Of a stretch of 11,447 nt of DNA, positions 1 to 7,881 are shown one piece after another. The translations under genes were made by a program, and so were the position numbers. The notes beneath the pieces are model-generated. The model was not told the DNA's origin. It did no database searches and saw only the letters and a list, made by a program, of their open reading frames with translations. Source of the DNA: Octopus sinensis (lineage: Eukaryota); assembly GCF_006345805.1 (NCBI RefSeq), contig NW_021826889.1:1-11447 (forward strand), given 5' to 3'. Each line of letters begins with the position of its first letter. Within the stretch, counting starts at the first letter, position 1.

Positions 1-159
1 GTGTGTGCACGTAAGAAGCTCGGCGGTGAAATATAAAACAAAGACATTCGATTCGGGGAATTTGTCCTCGTAAATAATCTTATTGTTCTTCTTGTCGCCT
101 TTGTCGCCATTGTTAATGTTATAAAGATCCGTACAAGCCATGATCCAGGCGACTCATGC

Positions 160-563
160 TTGTAGTGGTGATGGTGGTGGTTATGCTGTTGGCGGTGGCG
201 GTGGCGGTGCCTGTGGGGGTACCAGCGATGATGGTGGAGGTCGTGTTCTTGGTTTGGTTGTTGTTGTTGTTGTTGTTGATAGTGTTGCTTGTGATGGTAG
301 TGGTGGTAGTGATAGCAGCATCAGCATCACTAGTAGTCGTAGTTGTAGTAGGAAGAGGAGTAGGAGCAGTACTGGTGGCGGGAGGAGGAGGAGGATTAGG
401 AGGAGGAAGAGGCGGAGAAGCAGCAGTTGTACAAGGAGGAGGAGGTGATTGGGAGTAAGAAGAGGAGGAGTTGTAGTGGTCTTATCAGCATGGTGGTGGC
501 GATAGTTGTAGTTGCTGCAAGTGCAGCAGCAGCAGCAGTGGCAGTAGCAGCAGCGGCAGTAGC

Positions 564-606
<43 letters not shown>

Positions 607-654
607 TTGGTGGTGGTGGTCGTCGCGTCATTGTATTATTATTATTATTATTAT

Positions 655-700
<46 letters not shown>

Positions 701-788
701 TGTGGTGGTGGTGGTGGTGCTGGTGGTCGTCGTCGTCGTCATTGTAGTATTATTATTATTATTATATTATTATTATTATTATTATTAT

Positions 789-863
<75 letters not shown>

Positions 864-895
864 TCAGCCACAGTATCAACGGCAGCAGCAGCAAT
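160..895. repeat. Compound trinucleotide microsatellite: GGT/GTT, GGA, GCA, AGT, CGT, ATT and CAG/CAA tracts
   Basis: Directly visible runs such as (AGT)n about 558-603, 656-690 and 789-831, and (ATT)n about 635-655 and 748-789. Confidence 0.95.
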
Positions 896-1074
896 GGAAC
901 CGAGGTAGTAAATGGAACCGCGGCCGAGATTAAAAGCCTGGCCATCAAAAGGAAAGAGTTTGATTTCCGAACTCAGCTAATCACTTTGATCTGTTGCAGA
1001 GGAAGATAGTTTCAGCGTTGATCTTCAGCTCAGCTCAAGACGTCTTAATATCGGTATTGGTTTGAGCAATAACC

Positions 1075-1945
1075 GTGGTGGTGGTGGTGGAGGAGGAGGT
1101 GGTGGTGGCGGTGGTGGTGATGGTGGTGGTCTTCGTGTTAGTGGTTGATGGTGGTAGTGGTCGTAGGGTTGATAGTGGAGGTAGTGATGTTGTTGTTGAT
1201 GGAAGCGGTGGGGATGGTGGTGATGGTGGCGGTAGCGGTGGCGGTAGCGGTGGCGGTAGCGGCGGCGGCGGCGGTGGTGGTGGTGGTGGTGGTGGTGGTC
1301 TTCGTGTTAGTGGTTGATGGTGGTAGGTGTTGTAGGGTTAATAGTGGTGGTAGTGGTGTTGTTGTTGATGGAAGCGGTGGGGATGGTGGTGATGGTTGTG
1401 GCGGCGGCGGCGGCGGTGGTGGTTGTGGTGATGCTGGTGCTGGCAGAGGCAGTGACGGTGGTGGTTGTGATGTTGCTAGTGGTAGTGGTGGGGATGGTGG
1501 TGATGGTGACAGCGGTGGCGGTGGTGGTGGTGGTGGTGATGGTGGTGCTGCTGTTGTTATTGGTGGGGTGATGGTGATGGTGCTGGTGCTGGTGATGGCA
1601 GAGGCTGTGACGGTGGGGGTTGTGGTGGTAGTAGTGATGTTGCTAGTAGTAGTGGTGGGGATGGTGGTGATGGTGACAGCGGTGGCGGTGGTGGTGGTAG
1701 TGGTGATGGTGGTGCTGCTGTTGATATTGGTGGGGTGGTGGTGATGGTACTGGTGCTGCTGATGGCGGAGGCTGTGACGGTGGTGGTTGTAGTAGTAGTA
1801 GTGATGTTGCTGGTGGTGGTAGTGGGGATGGTGGTGGTACTTTTGTTATTGGTGGTGGTGAGGGTGGTGCTGGTGGTGGTGCTGGTTCTGGCGGAGGCGG
1901 TGACGGTGGTGGTAGTATTGGAGGCGACGGTAGCGATGATACCGT
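1075..1945. repeat. Degenerate (GGT)n array organised as a roughly 167-169 bp higher-order tandem repeat
   Basis: GGGGATGGTGGT recurs at 1210, 1379, 1490, 1657 and 1824. CTTCGTGTTAGTGGTTGATGGTGGTAG is at 1131 and 1300. GGC(A/G)GAGGCNGTGACGGTGG is at 1442, 1597, 1764 and 1890. Confidence 0.9.
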
Positions 1946-2230
1946 TGTGAGTTCGCTCCTGGTTAGTCTAGATCTAACCGAACTGTAGCCAAAAGAATTC
2001 CCACCTTGACCAACTCTGTTTAAAAACCTCATTAATTCAAGGTACAATAACATGCTTTTTTATATTAAAGCTGCAAAAGTCTTCACAAACGGTTACATAA
2101 AGCTTACGTCACCATTCGTCGAACAGTTGTAATTATACACACAACATTATGCCTAAAGCTCTCATTCCTTGAATCACCATGTAGCTTTCTGTTGACTAAA
2201 ATAGAAGAGTATATTTGTACTCACATACAG

Positions 2231-2746
2231 TGTATGTTTGTATGTATGTATGTATGTATGTATGTATGTATGTATGTGTGTATCTATATATGTATATATG
2301 TATGTGTGTATGCATGTATATATGTATGTATGTATGCATGTATGTATTTACATATGTATGTATGTATGTATATATGTATGTATGTGTGTATGTATGTATG
2401 TATGTATGTATGCATGCATGTATGTATGTGTGTGTGTGTATGTATGCATGTATGCATGTATGTATGTATATATATGTATGTATGCATGTATGCATGTATG
2501 TATGTATGTACGTACGTATGTATGTATGTATGTGTATATGTATGTATTTATGTATGTATGCACGTACGTACGTACGTACGTATGTATGTATGTGTGTATG
2601 TATGTATTTATGTATGTATGTATGCATGCATATATGTATATATGTATGTGTGTATGTATGTATGTATGTATGTATGTATGTATGTATGTATGTATGTATG
2701 TATGTATGTATGTATGTATGTATGTATGTGTGTGCGTGTGCATATG
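2231..2746. repeat. (TATG)n tetranucleotide microsatellite with TA, TG, TACG and TGCA variants
   Basis: About 515 bp of near-continuous TATG units, pure from about 2655 to 2727. Confidence 0.97.
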
Positions 2747-2933
2747 TTTACCTATTCAAATTTGTTTCGTACATACATATGCTTTTAAAAAACACAACTT
2801 TCCTTGACCTTTACAACAAACTAAAAACATTTAAAATTCCAAACACAATTATCGGACAATCAAACAAAGTTATAAATGTTTATGAAACAAACCATTAGAA
2901 AAATCAAACATGTTTATATTCGATAGAATATCA

Positions 2934-3154
2934 TCTTTCCTTTTATCTTTTATTTGTTTCAGTCATTGGACTGCAGCCATGCTGGGGCACTGCCTTGAGA
3001 GGTTTTAGTCGAACAACTCAACACAAGTACTCGTTTTTTAAGCTTGATAATTCTTCTGTTGGCTTCTTTTACGCAACCATTAAGTTACACGGAGGTAAAG
3101 AAACTAATGTCGGTTATCAAATGGTCTGAAGAAACAAACAGACACAAAGGTATA
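2934..3154 (-). mobile_element. 3' half (body and tail) of an Octopus-type tRNA-derived SINE
   Basis: TTTATTTGTTTCAGTCATTGGACTGCAGCCATGCTGGGGCACTGCC...TAAGTTAC...ACAAACAGACACAAAG resembles my recollection of an abundant octopus SINE (not database-checked). It has a terminal hairpin CAGTC-ATTG-GACTG (2960-2973) and an AAAAGAT-type tail on the minus strand. Confidence 0.7.
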
Positions 3155-3164
3155 TTCACAAAGG

Positions 3165-3204
3165 TATAGATAAACGGATAGATAGATAGATATATAAATA
3201 GATT

Positions 3205-3265
<61 letters not shown>

Positions 3266-3269
3266 TAGG

Positions 3270-3305
<36 letters not shown>

Positions 3306-3331
3306 CAGATAGATAGATAGATAGATAGACT

Positions 3332-3423
<92 letters not shown>
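3165..3423. repeat. (GATA)n array 1 with a short (GA)n insert at about 3347-3364
   Basis: Directly visible. Confidence 0.97.
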
Positions 3424-3424
<1 letters not shown>

Positions 3425-4018
3425 GTTTCTTTATTGGCCACACAGGGCTGCACACAGATGGGACAAGTTACAAGGTAGAGCTTTCCTTTTGGGGGATGAA
3501 AAAAACAAAAAACAAAAGAAACAAAAAAAGGGGTGGCGTACGTTTTCGATCAAGAGGGATCGTAAAAGGGAAAAAAAGAACAAAAAAAATAAATAAATAA
3601 AAGAAAAAAGAAAAAAGAAAAAGAAAAAAAAGAAAAGGAAAAGGAACAAAAGAAAAGAGAAATGAAAAAAGAAGAAAAAAGGGGAAGAGGAAAAAAAAAC
3701 GATCAATAGGGATCGTGTATCACAGTGTTATGATATATGGTGTAAAGGGGAAAGCAAGTAAGGTTTATCCGTGGTAAGAAAAGCCTACGAAAAAGACCAC
3801 GGTAACCTTGGTCAATATTGTTATATGTTACCACATTTGTTTGCAAGTGAGTAACCCTCTGTTTTCAATTTCTGGGTTCATAGGATTATGCTCAAGGTGG
3901 CTTCGTCATTCATACGTGCCATCCTTGCTACATTCACCCATCTTTTTTTAAAACATTCGCTAGACAAAACTTGCCTCTCTACTCTCACTTTCCTTTTCAA
4001 GTGGTACTTGAAGAAGTT

Positions 4019-4021
<3 letters not shown>
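3425..4021 (-). mobile_element. 5'-truncated 3' end of a non-LTR retrotransposon (L1/Tx1-like LINE), copy 1
   Basis: Read on the minus strand: an open frame ends in TGA at 3880-3878, then an approximately 450-nt pyrimidine-rich 3' UTR, AATAAA (3435-3430) and a (TATC)n tail. A second copy lies at 4112-4290. The L1/Tx1 assignment is from recall and architecture. Confidence 0.7.
3878..4021 (-). pseudogene. C-terminal remnant of the LINE ORF2: INFFKYHLKRKVRVERQVLSSECFKKRWVNVARMARMNDEATLSIIL*
   Basis: Hand translation gives 47 non-repetitive codons, with no start codon at the truncation point, that begin exactly at the GATA junction. The peptide is basic with an F-x-x-R-W motif reminiscent of L1/Tx1 ORF2 C-termini. 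Confidence 0.55.

Positions 4022-4110
<89 letters not shown>
4019..4110. repeat. (GATA)n array 2, pure
   Basis: About 23 uninterrupted units between the two LINE fragments. Confidence 0.97.
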
Positions 4111-4111
4111 T

Positions 4112-4290
4112 GTTTCTTTATTAGCCACATAGGGCTGCACACAAACGGGGCAGATTACAAAGTAGACCTTTTCTTTTTGGGGGAGAGAAAGAAAAAAAAG
4201 TTGGGTTGGTTTTCGATCAAAAGGGATCGTAAAAGGGAAAGAAAAAAAGGAAAGAAAGAAAAGAAAAACAAGAAAAAAGGGAAAGGAAAA
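4112..4290 (-). mobile_element. Short 3'-UTR fragment of the same LINE, copy 2
   Basis: 56 of the first 66 bp match copy 1 starting at 3425 (hand count). It shares AATAAA (4122-4117) and the TTTTCGATCAANAGGGATCGTAAAAGGGAAA block. Confidence 0.85.
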
Positions 4291-4297
4291 ATAGATG

Positions 4298-4360
<63 letters not shown>
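4291..4360. repeat. (GATA)n array 3
   Basis: Directly visible, with one GATG variant near the start. Confidence 0.97.
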
Positions 4361-4512
4361 CAAACGACGAACTTCCACAATTTTTGTCTGGTAAATCAGC
4401 GGATTTAGTCGTCCTGCGTTTATAGTAGAAGACGCAAGCACATAGTGCCACCTAGTGGGATTGAACCTGAAACTAATTATTTACAAACCGAGCTTCTCGA
4501 CCACACAGCGAC
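4361..4512 (-). mobile_element. 5' half (tRNA-like head) of the SINE whose 3' half is at 2934-3154
   Basis: The minus strand has B-box GGTTCAATCCC (4467-4457) with an A-box-like GCTGTGTGGTCGAG about 30 bp upstream. TATAGTAGAAGAC...GTGCCAC..AGTGGGATTGAACC resembles the recalled octopus SINE head. Confidence 0.75.
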
Positions 4513-5204
4513 GTATGTTCCATTAACCTTATACTAGTCAATCATTAAACCGTCTAAACCCTGCCTCATGATCATCATATAATTTCATAGTCTGCTGCGC
4601 TGAGATGATACCATTAAATCTATCAACATTGTAATGATATATTGTTTTGATGACTAATTAGATTTAAAATGTGATATAACTAACATATACACAAATTCAG
4701 GAATTCTGCCACTTTGTCAAGTTTGGTCCCTGAAAGATGAGAATAACGTTATCAAATGGAATATTTTGCAGTAGAAGGAGTGCTATGACCAAGTTTCAGG
4801 AATTCTGAGACTAAGGCACAATGAAGAAAGAGACATTTTTTCTACACATGGATCGTGTTGAAATGCAAAATTCATATTTTCAGAAACGTAAAAGACTACA
4901 TTATATTAGAGACACTAACACAAAGACAACAACCAACATCACAAAGCTATATCTTCCTCGAACACCAATACCACCATCATGCGACCGCAAACACCACAAT
5001 TATTGGTACTATAGCACAATCACCACTACCACTGCTAGCACCAATACGACTGCACTACAACCGACAATACTTATCACTATTGTACCAACATCACCACCAC
5101 TACCATCGTCACTCATTTACAATGTAATTCAACGGGAGGTCTCTTCTTCTCCCTGACCTGTACTAACCATCTTTCCCATAGAAATATTTAACTTGCAACT
5201 GTAC

Positions 5205-5384
5205 AACATATATATATATATACATATATATATATGTATATGTATGTATATAGTATGTAGTACGTATGTATATGTGTATATATATATATAATATATATAT
5301 ATCTATATATTATATAACACACATCCATACATGTGTGTTTGACTCTGTGTGTGTGCGTGTATTGTGTGCGTGTGGTATACACAC

Positions 5385-5448
<64 letters not shown>

Positions 5449-5560
5449 GTATATATATGTATGTATGCAGGTATATGTATGAATGTATGTATGTATGTAT
5501 GTATGCATATATTTATATATATATATAGAGAGAGAGACAGGGCAAGACATACATACATGT
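5205..5560. repeat. Compound (TA)n, (TATG)n, (TG)n and (GA)n microsatellite
   Basis: Pure (TA)n at about 5389-5438, with flanking TATG, TG and AG tracts. Confidence 0.95.
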
Positions 5561-5656
5561 TTGCGCATGTGTGCGTGTGTTTTCGAGCGGGCATGCAATT
5601 TTACACGCCTGACATTTACTCCATAACGCCATCTACCGTTTGTCGTCTTCAACCTC

Positions 5657-5669
5657 TGACCTTTGACCT
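5657..5669. promoter_or_regulatory. Perfect nuclear-receptor DR1 motif TGACCT-T-TGACCT (AGGTCAAAGGTCA)
   Basis: Exact match to the DR1 consensus bound by RXR, COUP-TF and HNF4-type receptors. Function is untested. Confidence 0.35.
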
Positions 5670-5715
5670 TTCATATTGTAATTGTTTAAATTACATGACA
5701 GCTCTGGCTTCGCAC

Positions 5716-5793
5716 CTCTCTCTCTCTCTTTCTCTCTTTCTCTCTCTCTCTCACTCTTTCTCTCTGTTTCTCTCTTTGTCTTTCTATCTCTCT
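5716..5793. repeat. (CT)n polypyrimidine microsatellite
   Basis: Directly visible, with T substitutions. Confidence 0.93.
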
Positions 5794-5817
5794 CGTGTTT
5801 ATTTTTGTGTCATCTTT

Positions 5818-6031
5818 AGTCATCATAACTATCATCATAATTATCATTTCCATCATCACCATCACCACCTTTCCTCCTCCATCTTCGTCATCATAATAAT
5901 AGTAATCATCATCGTCGTCGTCAGCATCATTATCATCATCATCATCGTCCTCGTCGTCATCATCATTATCAACTTCTGTTTATCATTAATATTATCTACT
6001 ACTACTACTACTACTACCACTACTGCTGCTG

Positions 6032-6071
<40 letters not shown>

Positions 6072-6091
6072 TACTGCTACTGCTGCTGCCG

Positions 6092-6132
<41 letters not shown>

Positions 6133-6141
6133 GCTGCTGCA

Positions 6142-6176
<35 letters not shown>

Positions 6177-6205
6177 AGCAACAACTACTACTGCTGCTGT
6201 TGCTG
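5818..6205. repeat. Compound (CAT/CGT)n then (ACT/GCT)n microsatellite
   Basis: Directly visible. Confidence 0.93.
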
Positions 6206-6210
6206 ACTCT

Positions 6211-6290
6211 TCTGTTACTACGATGTTTAGATTCCACCGAGATCGACTTATCCCTCCCCGAAATTGCTGGCCTTGTGCCACACTTTGATA
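6211..6290 (+). mobile_element. Internally deleted copy of a second Octopus-type tRNA-derived SINE
   Basis: GATTCCACCGAGATCGACT (a decayed B-box region) is joined directly to TATCCCTCCCCGAAATTGCTGGCCTTGTGCCACACTTTGA, the 3' end of a SINE recalled from octopus genomes. Confidence 0.65.
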
Positions 6291-6708
6291 TTATTAATCA
6301 CCTTCATCACTATTATTAAGAATAATTATATTATTATTATTATTATGATTATTATGATTATTATTATTATTATTATTATTCTTATGATTATTATGATTAT
6401 TATTATTATGATTAATTTATTATTATATTAGATTATTATGATTAATTATTATTATTATTATTATTATATGATTATTATGATTATTATGATTATTATTATT
6501 ATTATGATATTATTATGATTATTATGATTAATTATATTATTATTTTATTTATTTTATTATATGATTATTATGTTATTATTATATATTATTCTTATTATTA
6601 TTATTAAATGATTATTATGATTCTTATTATTATTATTATTATTATTTTATTAATACCATCATTATCATCATCATCATTGTCGTCGTCGTCATCATGAGCG
6701 TTACGATT

Positions 6709-6782
<74 letters not shown>

Positions 6783-6807
6783 ACTATTATTGTTATTATT
6801 ATTATCA

Positions 6808-6838
<31 letters not shown>

Positions 6839-7126
6839 GATTATTATGATTATTATTATTATTATTATTATTAATACCATCATTATCATCATCATCATTG
6901 TCGTCGTCGTCGTCGTCGTCGTCGTCATCATCAGCGTTACTACTACTACCACTACTACTACTACTGCTGCTTGCTGCTGCTGCAACTATTATTATTATTA
7001 TATTATTATTATTATTATCATCATTATTATTATTATTATTATTTATCAATCCATTATTATTATTATTATTACTATTATTACTATTTTATTATATTATTAT
7101 TATTATTATTATTATACTATTATTAC

Positions 7127-7167
<41 letters not shown>

Positions 7168-7236
7168 TATTATTATATCATTATTATTATTATTATTATT
7201 AACTATCATTATTATTATTATTATTACTCTTATTAC

Positions 7237-7272
<36 letters not shown>

Positions 7273-7360
7273 CATTATTTCATTATTATCATTATTATTC
7301 ATTATTATTACTATTATTATTATTATTATTATTATTGTTATTATTATTATGATTATCATT
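6291..7360. repeat. About 1.07 kb degenerate (ATT)n array with ATG, CAT, CGT, ACT and GCT blocks and an internal 221-bp-period duplication
   Basis: Directly visible; an identical 40-mer is at 6651 and 6872. Confidence 0.95.
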
Positions 7361-7372
7361 TGCTTATCGATA

Positions 7373-7435
7373 TTGTTAGGCACGGTGAAACGAGTTGGAC
7401 GTCTATATCTTTCTGAATTCAAATCTCGCCGGAGA
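7373..7435 (+). mobile_element. Heavily decayed SINE head, probably related to the 6211-6290 family
   Basis: GTTAGGCACGGTGAAA...TTCTGAATTCAAATCTCGCCG resembles the recalled head GTTAGCACG..GAAA...TTCTGAGTTCAAATTCCGCCG, which includes the B-box. Confidence 0.4.
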
Positions 7436-7562
7436 ACTCTTCTACCATCGCACAGTCTTTGCGTCGACAGAATAAAGTGGTCGCTGATCGATAATATCGA
7501 TACACTCGACAATTGGACAGTAACAAGCCACTCCAGATTTGTAAACTTGTGTGAATGAAAGT

Positions 7563-7582
7563 CACCGTTATCATCGCCATCG

Positions 7583-7613
<31 letters not shown>

Positions 7614-7690
7614 TCATCATCATCATCATCATCGTCAACATCATCATCGTCAACATCATCATCATCATCATCATCATCGTCAACATCATC

Positions 7691-7735
<45 letters not shown>

Positions 7736-7844
7736 GTCAACATCATCATCATCATCATCACCACCAGCTTCCTCCGCCTCTAACAGCACCAACTATTTTC
7801 CATTCTCCTCATCAACATTTTCCTCTTCATCATCATTATCATGG

Positions 7845-7881
<37 letters not shown>

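Noticed and set aside
1-160. Open minus-strand frame (MACTDLYNINNGDKGDKKNNKIIYEDKFPESNVF...) and several Sox-like ATTGTT/AACAAAG motifs
   Set aside because: It is short and truncated by the window edge, I recognise no homology, and the motifs are expected by chance in AT-rich DNA.
140-2053. Gly/Val/Pro/Thr-rich ORFs that look like glycine-rich or extensin-like proteins
   Set aside because: They are translations of GGT/AGT/ATT repeats, open in several frames and on both strands at once, with no domain content.
2192-2898. Long MYVC/HTYI-repeat ORFs
   Set aside because: These come from (TATG)n, which lacks stop codons in all six frames.
3165-4360. Alternating repeat and spacer layout superficially like a CRISPR array
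   Set aside because: The repeats are variable-length microsatellites, the spacers are 180-600 bp and homologous to each other, there are no cas genes, and the context is eukaryotic.
3085-4451. IYLS-repeat ORFs that share an N-terminus (MCSP.W.IKK)
   Set aside because: They are (TATC)n read-through from the duplicated LINE 3' UTR, not a gene family.
4440-4512. Possible tRNA gene (B-box GGTTCAATCCC on the minus strand)
   Set aside because: No cloverleaf or acceptor stem can be formed, and the flank matches a SINE head.
4696-4807. 13-bp direct repeat TTCAGGAATTCTG at 4696 and 4795
   Set aside because: The 86 bp between the copies shows no element hallmarks, so it cannot be supported as a target-site duplication.
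4821-5156. 111-aa ORF in semi-unique sequence
   Set aside because: It has no recognisable domain, its second half is ACC/ACT low-complexity sequence, and there is no supporting splice structure.
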